DNA of 63,749 nt, filler included, from Phoronis australis (Eukaryota > Animalia > Phoronida): the NCBI GenBank assembly GCA_002633005.1. It is 4 parts of 4 records of this genome, joined end to end, with 100 filler letters (N's around TTAATTAATTAA, not from the genome) between each part and the next. Parts side by side here need not be neighbours in the genome. Positions count along the whole stretch, not along the records: positions 1 to 26,503 come from NMRA01001331.1; positions 26,604 to 58,293 come from NMRA01000107.1; 2 more parts are not named here. One strand, 5' to 3'. Positions 26,428 to 39,000 of this stretch are shown one piece after another; within the stretch, counting starts at the first letter, position 1, and each line of letters starts with the position of its first letter. The notes under the pieces were generated by a model. The model saw nothing but the letters and a program-made list of their open reading frames with translations, was not told the DNA's origin and searched no databases. A program made the translations under genes and the position numbers.

Positions 26428-26954
26428 TATTACACAGGCTACAGACTCGTGAATTGTGTTCAATTTTAAACCTGCAATCGAGTCTTAGTGATTCATGACT
26501 TCGNNNNNNNNNNNNNNNNNNNNNNNNNNNNNNNNNNNNNNNNNNNNTTAATTAATTAANNNNNNNNNNNNNNNNNNNNNNNNNNNNNNNNNNNNNNNNN
26601 NNNCAATTTCTCTGCTCCTTTTGTGCGAACTTAAGATAATTGGTTATCAGACTGTGCTCGAATACATTATAGTTTATGCATAGGAGTTTCTAGTTCAAGT
26701 TTGCCCTTGAAGACCCTTATATTCGTGCTACAAACTCGAGTAAAAACTCAAAATTTCGAGTTCAAACTTGAACTTATTGCTTTAATATTGGGTTTACAAA
26801 CTGTGAACTAAGGGCAATAAATTATCTACGTAAGTTATTGTGTACTCGAGCATAGAATAATAGACACTTACCTTGAGTTCGCCCAAAAGTTGAGTTAGAA
26901 AATGCCAAACCTAATTTCGAGTTCCATTTCGAGTAAAAAGATTGGAGACCGGGC

Positions 26955-27017
26955 CCAGGCCCTTCTACAACCCAGGCCCTTCTACAACCCAGGCCTTTCT
27001 ACAACCCAGAACCTTCT
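26955..27017. repeat. 17-bp tandem repeat x3.5
   Basis: ccaggcccttctacaac repeated immediately after the TIR. Confidence 0.85.
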
Positions 27018-27285
27018 AGGCTGACTGTAGAAAATCCCAGGCTCGGACTGCACCCTTCAAACTTTTAATTCCTAAATCACGCGATGTGACCACATATAAC
27101 TGCAGGGTACCTACTCTATGCATAAACATTACATTAATATTAAAATGACTTTGCTCTATATTCAAGAAAGTCGTTATGTGTCTGAATCCCTCATGCATGT
27201 TGATGTTGATTTATATCAATATTTAACCCAGCCTATTACATGGGGAATGAGTTAATTAAGGTCTCAATGAGATGGCAGTACTCAC

Positions 27286-30200
27286 AAGCCCATAGGCAGA
27301 GCTGCGGTCTTCCTCAGGAGTGATGTCAGCTACGTAGGCAAAGACAACACTGAAGGTGACAGCAAAAACACCCGAGATTGTGATCATGGCGAAGTACCAC
27401 CTGACAAAACAAAAGTGTCAACGGGTGTTTATGAGGTGAATTAAGGCAACTGAACAGTGTTTCAGCACCACCTGCCAAAACGACAGTGTGAACGGGTATT
27501 TATGTGATGAATTAAGGCAACTGAGCAGTGTTTCAGGATCACCTGACAAAATGACAGTGTGAACGGGTATTTATGTGACGAATAAAGGCAAATGAGCAGT
27601 GTTTCAGGACCACCTGACAAAATGACAGTGTGAACGGGTATTTATGTCGTGAATAAAGGTAACTGAGCAGGGTTTTAGTACCCTTAATGTAAACACAGCT
27701 ATGGGTAATATGCACCTCTTTACAAGAAGTAAGGGCTCTTTCAGAATCAAGGGAAGCATGTATTAGTGACATGCCACATGCACTTAATACATTGATCAGC
27801 TTCGAAGCGGAGAACCGAATATGGATTAGATTGGATTACAAATGCAAGGTTACATGCACAAGTGCTACCTTATGGACTTTTTGTGTGTTTTGATACTGCT
27901 CTTACTACAGCACTGTACCATGACTGCTATTAAAAGAAAAGATATGCCTACTTAGCTAGGACTGAACTGCACCAATAACACAGAGGCACATTAAACTTGA
28001 GATAGCAGAAGGAAGTGTACTTAAACACAGACTGAAGCTCAACAGAAAGTAGCGACAGAGTGATGAATCATGAAATTGGGCAACTCCCTCTATCCGACAT
28101 CTATGACATCACACCATCCTTTCATAACCGCGAAATCTTTGTCACATGACATAAAGTTCAATCGTCATTCTGAAGACGATTTCAGACAGTCGGTGAAAAC
28201 TAATGTCGTTGACAGTGCGTAAACAGTGAGTCAACTTACCAGGGACTGAACCTCATCAGTGGTATTGGAGCACATGTGAATGTGACAGTCAGTAGAAGGA
28301 AAGGTTTACGACCTAGTACATCAGACAATGCACCTATGAGTGGGGCGCTCAGGAAGGATAGGAGTCCCTGCAATTCATGAAATGCAAGCATCAAGAGCAC
28401 ACAAGGCAGCTCATTCAAACAACAACTGGAAAAATTTCTGGTGTCACTATTATTGTAGTGGTGCCTATAGTACGGGGCAGTGCTGTAAACTTACACCCAA
28501 GATTGCCAAATGATGTTTAGTTTTTAGTTTAATGGAAAATAAAGAGTGCCTCGCACGCCAGGTAATAGCCAATTTCCCCCTTCCGAGTCCACTATCCCAT
28601 GCAAGCTCACATCCTACGACAGAAGCATGTGGTTGGCACANATAGGTAATATGCACCTCTTTACAAGAAGTAAGGGCTCTTTCAGAATCAAGGGAAGCAT
28701 GTATTTGTGACATGCCACATGCACTTAATACATTGATCAGCTTGGAAGCGGAGAACCGAATATGGATTAGATTGGATTACAAATGCAAGGTTACATGCAC
28801 AAGTGCTACCTTATGGACTTTTTGTGTTTTGATACTGCTCTTACTATATTCCAGCACTGTACCATGACTGCTATTAAAAGAAAAGATATGCCTACTTAGC
28901 TAGGACTGAACTGCACCAATAACACAATGTCGTTGACAGTGCGTAAACAGTGAGTCTACTTACCAGGGACTGAACCTCATCAGTGGTATTGGAGCACATG
29001 TGAATGTGACAGTCAGTAGAAGGAAAGGTTTACGACCTAGTACATCAGACAATGCACCTATGAGTGGGGCGCTCAGGAAGGATAGGAGTCCCTGCAATTC
29101 ATGAAATGCAAGCATCAAGAGCACACAAGGCAGCTCATTCAAACAACAACTGGAAAAATTTCTGGTGTCACTATTATTGTAGTGGTGCCTATAGTACGGG
29201 GCAGTGCTGTAAACTTACACCCAAGATTGCCAAATGATGTTTAGTTTTTAGTTTAATGGAAAATAAAGAGTGCCTCACACGCCAGGTAATAGCCAATTTC
29301 CCCCTTCCGAGTCCACTATCCCATGCAAGCTCATATCCTACGACAGAAGCATGTGGTTGGCACACATTGCCTGTGCATGACTCATTAACAGGCCCTACCA
29401 GTTTTTGTCGTCTGTTTACTACCTCTAGAATTTTGTGTGTGTTCCCTGATGTGTGCGTGGCAACTTCATGGCAACCTGGGATTTTTACCGTGTCATCAGA
29501 CATGAAGCTGCCACATTTTATGCATAACCTCATCATTTTGTGCACAAAAATTAACAACATTGACTAAAACTAGACTAGCAATAACAGTCTTTCATGATTT
29601 TTGCCTCAGGCTGTGATCTCATGGGTTATTCGAATCAACTAATCTAAAAAGATCTTGTAATCTTGACTCTGTTTACAAGAAATAAAAAAGCTTAAACGTC
29701 ACTGTCTATATTTGTTGCCAAAGGATTACTATTTTTGAAATAACTCTTGAACTATTAATAGTAGGCCCATAAAACAATATATTTTTAAAATCATTGAGTA
29801 TCACAGTATCATATTGTGTTGGATTTTTTCAGAGATGGCCCTATTTTCCATAAACTTTAATTTTTTCGCTCTAAACTTGCAAATTCTGTTTCTTTGTTCT
29901 ATTCGGTATAAAACTATGTCTGGGATTTCGTTTTAAGGCCTCCTAGCCCGAGACATTTGCTATCAAAAATCAAGACATCAACATTTAAAAAAAAGGAAAT
30001 CTTGATTTTTACGTCAGATTTCTCGGGCTCAAAGTCCTTTAAAGAAAATCCCAAGTCTTTGATCGAAAAAGACATGGTGATCTCTGTGAAAAATTGTGAT
30101 TTTTTACAAAAATGCAGTAAGCACGTGATAACGAACATCTGAACATTGTTTTCATGCACAAAATAAGATTCTCCGATTCCCAAGGATTTTAAAAATGTAC

Positions 30201-33087
30201 AGTTTCATGGGTTTACTATTAACAGTTGAAAAGTTATTTTAAAAAAATCTTTGGTAAGGAAGGTAGGCAGTAACCTTAAGAAAGTAAGACTCATTTTTTT
30301 GTTTCTTAGTTATCGCTGGACCTTTCATTCAAGCCGGTACCACCAGCTTTGCTTTATCTAGTATACATTTGCATCCACCCTGAGCTGAGCGTAATCATAT
30401 TTAACTGTTTCTTGGACCCCAAGTTTTGGAAGGCGAGTGCAGTGGATGCCATTGTTTGAAAATGTAGGATGACCACTGCTTTCAGAAAACATGTGCACTT
30501 GTTTCAAAGCAAATAAATTCTTGCACAGTAGACTGAAAAGACAAGACCCGAATCCAGTTTAAGGCATCAGGTCGAGAAAAGTCCCTCCAACTTACCTTGA
30601 CCCCTTGTATGAGACCATTCATTAGGAATGTGTGTTCAGGGAAGGTTTTGTTCAATACCTAAAAGAAATTAATTTAAAATAAGTAATGGAAATTATGCTG
30701 ATGTCAATATTTACACATTTGTACACCTCTCCTCATGACACAATTAGCCAGGCTACTGCTCTTGTGGTATAATCTATCCTATACCCATATCATGTGCAAA
30801 TTGATATCCACTCTCACAACCATATCTGACATAGCTGAGAGATGTTGTGCTGTAATCCTATATTGATGAAAACCTAATGCCCTTTCCCACTAACTTAACT
30901 CCGATATGAGCGGAGCGTTGACGTAAACTGTGAACTTAATTGAATCGTTCGCACCAGCTACATCGAAGTAAACAGTAGGTAAGTAAGTTAACACTGATGC
31001 ATCTTGTGCATGTTAACATTTTTTAATGTAACAATTTGAGAACATTTACGTGTGCTACTTTGGCTTATTTCTAATTTGATTGGCGATATTTGAGCAAAAT
31101 ATAAGCAACTCTTGCAACTAAGCAACACTGCCCTTTAATTAACAATAGCAGTGGCCCCTGGCAATAACTTTGATATGACCTCAGTTGACTGTTCATAGTG
31201 CACTGCAGCATCGATACTCCACAACTCCCCGACACATCGACAGTATAAAAGAGCCTCTATACGTTAAAACGGTCCATTACTATGGACAATGGAGATATAC
31301 TTACACTAATCATTGGTGTTGTAAGGAGACCCCAGGAAAAGAACTCCAGGAATATAATGACAAGAGCATGGTAGATTGTTGGTGTACCAAAGCTAGAGTT
31401 CTGGAAAGAAAAACACTGTGCATGTAAGACGTGTGGTGTTTGAGACAAGTACCTTTAGGCTTTGGAGAATAATGTGGTCCATTATCTGAAATTATTTGCA
31501 GAGGAAGATTTTGTTAGGCATTGTAGCCAAAGGCGTTGACTGTTGCTGAGAGTGAATTCTGTGATGCATCACACAGTAGTGGAAGGGAAAATCCTGCACA
31601 TGAATAATAATGCTGCAATCTGATGAGATCAGTGTTGTGAATTTCTGGTTCCAGATGCGACGTACTGTCACATGAAATAAAGGCACTCCAAATTGCTTGT
31701 CAATATGTAAAATTGTCTCTTGGCTGAAAAGTTTGGATGCTTGACTCTCACGCTGGAGATACCTGGTTCAGCCCTAGGTATCAGGAATCATTTTAGAAAA
31801 ATGTGGGTATGGGTGAATTTAGGCAATTACATCGCCTTGAATGCCGCGATAGAACATTCCCATAAAAGGTTATTCAATTCAAAATACAATAAAATTGAAT
31901 GAAACATCCATATATAATGTTAAGTAATAATTAACACATACCATGACTTTGCATGCATTTTAGTCAACATAACTAGAACATAACCATGAAAATCTGTCAC
32001 GGTTCGCTCGAGTTTCTCTCACCGGGTTATGTGTTATGTGTAATCATGCCTGTTGACAAACAAAAAGTCCAAGAGACACAAATCTAACAAAATTCACCTG
32101 ATATCTTTTCATGATAATTTGCAAGTGTCACGCGACACATCCCGCGCTTTGCTCAGTCTCGCGCTAGCCTTTGCCTAACTCAAGTAACTCAGTTAAAATA
32201 TTTTGTGGTTATCGCACCCACGCTGAAAAAGTTAACAGTGACCAAAAAAGTGGAGTTGGAATTCTTCCCCAAAGTCACCTTGATTCTCGTAACTATACTT
32301 TATCGAAGATATGTGTAGAAGCAGAAAGGATCACTGAAGAAAGTAAGCACCTTTTGAAGTGTTCGTTTTAAGAGTAGAATGTATTTTTGATGAGGTGAAA
32401 ACTCTTAATCGATGAGCGGTTTTCACGTACCGCCAATTTAAAATACACGGAACGAAATTAGTACAGAAAGCGATCGGAAGTATTGTAGCCCCTAACCAGC
32501 CAACCGAGGGGCTACGTGGTAGGGTGAAGTGACCCACAAATGCTTGCGTTTATGGCCCAATGTTAGTTTTTTGTTCTTTTTGTTCCCAATTTTCAAGGGC
32601 TTCTTAGCCCAAGCTAACCAATCAAAGTGCATCAATGATGAGGGGCACGCTTCTAAAATTATCCCTGAGGTAACAGTAGACTTTTGGCGACAGTCACTTT
32701 ACAGGGCCCGGGGTCACAAATTTCTGAGAACCTGTTTTAAGCCCCGTTATTCAGTGGCTAAAACTGTTCTCAAAATGCGTAAACCCTGTAGTGATTTTAC
32801 TAAGAACAGCTTTCTTTGAGAGATTCTTGCGTAGGGGGTTCACTGAAGGCATGTTTTGCAACAACAGTGAAATGATGAATGTAAACCATTACACTTCCGG
32901 CTGTTTTCCACCATGACCAAGACGACGTGAGCACAAACAGTTTTTTCACGTCACTCGCCACTTTTCATGGATCACGCAGCCGAAGCGACCAACTTTTACT
33001 TCAACTTACGGGTCTGTCTTCCTTCGGCACCTTCCTCCGTTGCCATGTTATATTTCCTATAACCCCTTTCCGCTTTTTACCTAGCAT
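27286..33087 (-). CDS. MFSD14A: MFSD14 / hippocampus abundant transcript 1 (HIAT1) MFS transporter, 5' part (exons 1-5); 3' exons absent from window
   Basis: Exons 33010-33087 (MLGKKRKG...EDRP), 31305-31400 (NSSFGTPTIYHALVIIFLEFFSWGLLTTPMIS), 30596-30658 (VLNKTFPEHTFLMNGLIQGVK), 28964-29091 (duplicate at 28240-28367; GLLSFLSAPLIGALSDVLGRKPFLLLTVTFTCAPIPLMRFSPW), 27286-27400 (WYFAMITISGVFAVTFSVVFAYVADITPEEDRSSAYGL). These are near-identical to the HIAT1 N-terminal half. The A/B paralog distinction is not meaningful here. Confidence 0.92.
27396..27682 (-). repeat. 71-bp minisatellite x4 anchored on the MFSD14 exon-5 acceptor
   Basis: Plus-strand unit accacctgacaaaatgacagtgtgaacgggtatttatgtg..aaggcaactgagcagtgtttcagg. 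On the minus strand each unit ends ttttg(t/g)cag|gtg(g/a)t. Confidence 0.9.
27704..29364. repeat. Tandem near-identical duplication (~0.94 kb + ~0.72 kb) containing MFSD14 exon 4
   Basis: 27704-28640 is approximately equal to 28645-29364. The junction is a single n at 28641. The copies differ by SNPs and a ~220-bp indel (~27983-28201). Confidence 0.9.
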
Positions 33088-35879
33088 ATTTCAACGTATG
33101 GTGGATGTGGTTGAATATCAACTACACAGGGAACCCATCTTGTTCAAATGAGGTCAAAATTACATTAAATATCGAAAGGACGATTTATGTAAAATCCGAT
33201 ATTTTTTTAAGGAAAACTTTAACTAAATGGAACAGCAAAGAATTTTTGCTTAATAAATATAATATTTAATTTGATAAATTTGTTAATTTTAAAATCTATT
33301 GAATTTTAAAGACAACTCGATTGAAAATTTTTGTATGACTAAATGTATTCGATCCTCAAACTCTCAACTACAAACAAAGAAGTGAAAAGTGAAAATTATG
33401 CACACATGTAAAGCTTCTTTAGGCAATATTTTACATTGTATTATGTTGAAAATTCAATATATTGGGTAGTATAAGTACAATATTTTTTTACAGTTCTTAT
33501 TTTGTTTTTGGTTTAGAGAGCATACTGCTCGTAGCGCTACCTAGTGGTAGGCAAAAATCGCCTTACTTTAGTGGGCCCCGCCGCCGGGCCGGGGCTGCGG
33601 CCAACCCGTTGTTGGAAAACAAAGGTTTTCGCTCTTCCCCCACAACTTTTAAATAAGCATCTACAAGAACAAATACGAGTAGCAAAAGGTTGTACTTAAT
33701 TAAACGTTTTGGCCTTTAAATACTTTTAAATTTAAAAACAAAAAGTACAGAGTTATTTTGGAACTGTTGGATGTCGAAGTGTTATGTGAAATGGAGCGTT
33801 GAAATTCGCCATGATTAATGTGCTCATTGCTTACATGCCTTTTAGTTTACTTCCTCTAAAATGTTTGGTCAATGGCAATAATACCACTCTGTTTTTTGCC
33901 TCTGTACGATAGCTTGACAATCCTGTCTTGTCGGCCTTTGACATTATCAAGTTTGTTAAGATGAAATAGCAAAGCCATTGTATTCTTTGCTCCTGGGCTT
34001 GTCCTTTTCTCTGTCATCAGTCTAGCCTCATAATAATCGTGTGAAGAGCTTATGGGATCAACCTAGATCGTTTTAACCGCTGCTCGTTTGATCTGAAAAT
34101 ACATTTTTCAGGACGTAATTTAATACAGCATAAATGAAAACTTGCCATTAAGTCTGTTAGCCTGAATTACACATTCAACGTAGCGAGAATTGTATTGTGG
34201 AATTCGTTGACAATCACATCCGTGCAAAATGAGTCTAGGGTCCGGGGTCTAACTCGACTAATATATTGACCAGTATGGCATGGCATGTACGCTTCGAGTA
34301 AACTGATAAATTTTTATGCGGCTTGGCGGACCCATCACTTCGAAGATTAGACCCAGGGCTCAGGTAGTTGAGCTTTCCAGTTTTTCACACGCCCAGAATA
34401 TACTATAATCTTAGTGGCAGAATACCAGCAGATTGCGAAAATAAGTAAGTATTTGGTGGAACAAGTGGTGTTGGGTATTTTCCGTGTTAGGAACGTGCAA
34501 TCACAGTGGAAATCTATCTAAGATCACGGTCAGTAAATTTTTAGATACCGCCACCAGCTGTTAGCGGAGGTCGTGTACAGACATTCGACTGATAACCTTT
34601 GCGATTCTCATATTGGCCCATTCCCCTTCATGGTACTGATTTTATGGCAAAAAGAATCACTGATACCTGTAACATATAACGAGAACTACCTCGTCAACAG
34701 GTAAGTGCCGTTGACGTCTTAAATGTGAATAAAAAAATCTGGACCATACAAATCTATTTTAGATTTTAAAAACCCTCCCTTCACGTCTTTTAAATGTAAT
34801 GGGCTACGGGCACGAAAATTTCTCAGTGACATTTAACCATACATGAAATATTTTTTATGCTTAGAATTACGCGGCGTTGGTGACAGTGGTAGATACGGGG
34901 AAGAGATAGATCCAAGGGTCTGGTGTTTTAAGCTATCCAGAATGATGCGCGAACTTGTTTGCGTTTTCGCGTCATACTACGTCACCGTGATAACAAGCCA
35001 CAAAAGGCCGATAGTGTCAGAGTGATGCTTTAACACAGTGTAAGCCCCTCAACTGGAGGTGTTATTGCTTAATTAGGCTTTAAAAACGGACCACTCCGAG
35101 CCATGCGCTTTTCTTTGTCAGGGATGTAACATAAAAAACGTTCCGCTGACAAAGAGAAGGATGCTGGGGATGTTTGGGTTTTAATATATTTCACACGTAG
35201 ACAAGGTATCACATGTGTATTAGCAACGATAAAAATCAATAAACAATCATTGTAGTGTTTTAAGTCTAAGTCACGGTTGAGCTGCATTTTTAGAATTATA
35301 GTGAGATATTAAAAGACTAGGATAGTAAGAAAAACTAAAACTGACTGTTGCAAAAGTGCGGTCAGTCTAACGATTTACAACTTTGAGATTTAATTAACAC
35401 GGGCTGTCCCAACTATACTCTTGCTGGTGATAACTTTATTGTCCTTGGAGATGCTACCTTTCATTTTCACTGTACTTCTACAGAGGGTAGGACTCCTCTG
35501 AAAGGTATGAGACCAGACTAAATCAAATTATAAACGTGTAGGTTTTACCCAGACTGACACCGTTATTTGTTACCAAAAATGTATTAAGAAATATAACACT
35601 AAAAACACATTGTCATTGAACAACGGCACATGTATGAATAAACCAAAGGCACCAAAAGCCTACTTTATCAATTTTACAAAGAAAATGAACTTTTCAAGTT
35701 ATTTTCATTATGCCTTTGTATACTATTGAAATATTGCAGCATTGCACTTGACCAATACTGGTCAATTTAGGGGTACAACTTTAAACTCTAATTATTTTTT
35801 TTTTTAATTGCAGGCGGTCTGATACACGTTGTACCAGACGTGCGCAGGCCTCGCATGTGGGCCCATTGCACTGATCACC

Positions 35880-36049
35880 TGGAAATATTTTTATGCTTTA
35901 TTAATATATGGTTAAAACCGAGCTGAGGAGCTAGAAACCTGACAAGGTATCACATATCTCAAGGGTTTAGCAGTGTGACCTGGTGGGACTTGAACCCACG
36001 ACCTCGAGTAAAGAAAGCGGGCACTTATCAACCAGGCCACACTGCCTCC
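35880..36049 (-). mobile_element. tRNA-derived SINE (pol III A/B-box head at 35971-36049)
   Basis: Minus strand reads ggaggcagtgtggcctggttgataag...gaggtcgtgggttcaagtcccacc, with an A box and a GGTTCAAGTCC B box. It has no intact acceptor or anticodon stems and continues into a body with an AT-rich tail. Confidence 0.6.
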
Positions 36050-39000
36050 TTTAAACTCTAATAATCTTGTAAATGTTGAGCAACGTTCAACTTTGACCTG
36101 TCACATGCCTCAGTGAACACGAAACAACCCAATCGTGTGCTCCAATATTAGTTATATTTTCACGGGGTCCACTCAAATTGTTTCAAAAGTGTTACTGTCG
36201 AGTTGTAACGGAGAAGGGACATATGAAGCCACAATAACTGATTGTCGGCAGACGACCGGGACAGAGTTTGACAAAATTGATATAGAAATCCGCTTATGTA
36301 GCATGCAGAAAGGTCTGTCCCAATATTCTAGCTAGGAAGATCGTGTGTTACGCCAAACATGTATCGAGCAACGCGGCGTTCCACTGACTGGCTCAGAGTC
36401 CCCAGACAACTGAGGCCGACACATTTGGTGGGGGCGGCGGCATGCGGGGAGGAAAGCATTTGCATATATTATATGATATACAAAAATATGTATAAAACGA
36501 AATTTTCTTTCAAGGAGCAAACATTAAATACCTCAGAATTGCAGACTAGTACTAGCCTGTTTCACCAGGCAGGCGGCCTTGTTGTCGCCGAAATTATTCC
36601 GCAGTTAAGTTGCTTTTTATCGTCATTTCCCTCTGATGATGGCAGATGCCTGCGAATAATAGTTTGTTACCATGCTTATGCTGTCTCTTAGACAATTTTT
36701 TCACTATATTCACCTGGACGGCGGAGTTTTTCGAACGTACGTCAGGCTTGAAAAAGCCCGATATAGGCCAGGTATATAGAACGAAGTAGTATACATAGGC
36801 AAAGAACTCCAGTTCATTCCTACTTTACAAGCACCATGGTGAGCCGGGCGATTATTTTTTCAGACGGGCGGCAGACTCGGACACTGTATTAAAGGGAGAT
36901 GTTTATTACCAGTTGGTAAAACAAAAAGAGTTGTATAAATAGTGTCTTGGTCGTGTACATGTCCCGGGTACAATGTGTAGTATCGATTCATGATGTTAAC
37001 CTCATGTCACATTGTTCTCGAATTGCTGACAGTCAGTTGCTAAAACGTTCTATTATAGTAGCTAGAATATTCTACTGGCGCTGCAGGCCCCATTGTTACA
37101 TGCACAAATTGTAACAATTTGGGCCTGCAGCGCTGACCCAGATTGTTACAGTTTTGACAACTTTTTTGGGCCTGCTCAGAGCTCTAAAGTACTCGACATT
37201 GATTTCAACGAATCGAATGTCTGACAATGCAACGACGAGAATTGAATATTTCACTCAAATAAAATCCCGAAAAAACGTGACAGCGGATTTGTTTGCAAAC
37301 AAATATTCACAGTCATGACATTACAAAATTAAAGTGATATGTATGTATTCATTAGATTTAAAATATCCTTAGTTAATGCATGGTGTAAATACATAAGCGT
37401 TCTTTATATCAAAACATTTACACCCCATTCACACTGGAGTCGTATATAGCCAAATGAATAATAGTTACTTTATCAAACAAAAAGTCATTTCTTCAAGTGT
37501 CATGTTGTAATATCAAGAATTTCATTTTTCAACCCGCAATGCAAACAAGGGTGTTTGGAATTTAACCTAGCTCTGCATATATGGCGTTCTCCTAACCAAA
37601 TAATAAGATCGATTACATGTCTGGCTCCCACTTTTCCGACAAGGTACTTTGTTGTTTTATAGCCGTGGACAAAGTCGATAAAGTTTATAACTTCACGGAG
37701 TCTAACTCATCCAACACTAACCTCAAAAATATGTTTTCTGCCGTAAAACGGATAACGTCCCTTAACTTTCAGCAAAAAAGTCGTAACCAATAGGTTGCCC
37801 TTCGTTACATGTAACAGGCGAACTTCTACCGCGGTGAACACCACGCCTCGTCTAATCATATTTTTTCGGTAATGGTCGGTTATAACGTGTGTGCATTTTG
37901 AGAACCAATTTTCTTCACTAAGTAACGGGCATGAAACTGGTTCTTAAAATAAGGGTCCATCATATCCGACAGTTTTTGAATCAATGTAATACGTCACTGA
38001 CATGTACAAAAGTCTTCTCGAGATGAGGTTTTATCAGTATACAATAAATGGCAATGTTGTGATTTATTTATGGCTCAGTTTGTACTTCAGTGAAATGACA
38101 GCTGCTCTGAAGACGTTTGTTTCCCAGAATTTGCAAGGATACCATGAATGTTTTAGTATAAAATTGGGTAAACCAACTATAGTTGAACAACAAAACAAAA
38201 AATAGTTGGCGCGGTGAAATTGATATTGTGAAATTTCATTTTTTTATCCAAGCGCACAATTTCTCGTATGCTGGCATACTTCTCTTCAGTCTTTTGTTTT
38301 TCGAAGGGTTTTAGGAGATTACAGTTTGGTGTCGTTTATCAAGTGCGTGTGTAGAGTTTATGGGCCTGATTTTTTTACCACTGGCACGCCTTCTGAAAGT
38401 CCTGAGAGATCGTGAAATTAGTATAGCGTCCACATGTTCCATCCTGCCTTCTGGTTGGACGTCTGATTTGCTATCCTCATAGAAAAAAAACACAGTCGTG
38501 TGACCGCTCGTCATACGTCTGATCTGTCCTCTTCCGACTCTTTTGACGGTAAATCAGTCTTTTTATCGTGAGAAACTTATTTCCCGATGACGTGCTTTGT
38601 GGTTACTATACTCTGCTAGCCACGTATTGTGACAACACATGCCAGAGCGACAATCTATGCTACAACGTTCTAACTTCTGATAAGAAGTTATATCTGCCTT
38701 CTAATAAAATATATTACACACCTGAACGCTGTAATTGTTGCCAAAGACCTGGGTATGCGCTCATGTTACCTATAACAGCTTTATCTTAGTTTTCATTTTA
38801 GATACTTTCAATACCAAGCAGAAATTTTGCTACCATGACGTATATTTTGATATGCTAATTCTAAGACTGGATTTTTCTCATGGCAGCTGGCCAATAATCG
38901 TATGCGTGACTGACTAAATCTAATAGGGCCCTCAAATAACTTTAAATTAAATGAATAATTCTTGTCACCCGAGTCCCCACCCTAGCTTTTGAAAGAGACA

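Larger units (their letters stand above)
23399..26956. mobile_element. PIF/Harbinger-like TIR pair bracketing two assembly gaps (may be ends of two different copies)
   Basis: gggcccggtctccaatct at 23399 and agattggagaccgggccc ending at 26956. Subterminal actcga/tcgagt repeats lie inside both ends. The flanks ccg/cag are an imperfect CWG-type TSD. Confidence 0.55.

Noticed and set aside
26548-26559. ttaattaattaa palindrome inside gaps (also 58338-58349 and 61146-61157)
   Set aside because: An identical pad centred in 100-bp N-runs; an assembler spacer with stops in all frames, not biology.
35971-36049. Functional tRNA gene
   Set aside because: A/B boxes are present but there is no coherent cloverleaf, so it is called a SINE head. 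Weaker tRNA-like stretches at ~1005-1065 and ~31715-31785 were too degenerate to call.
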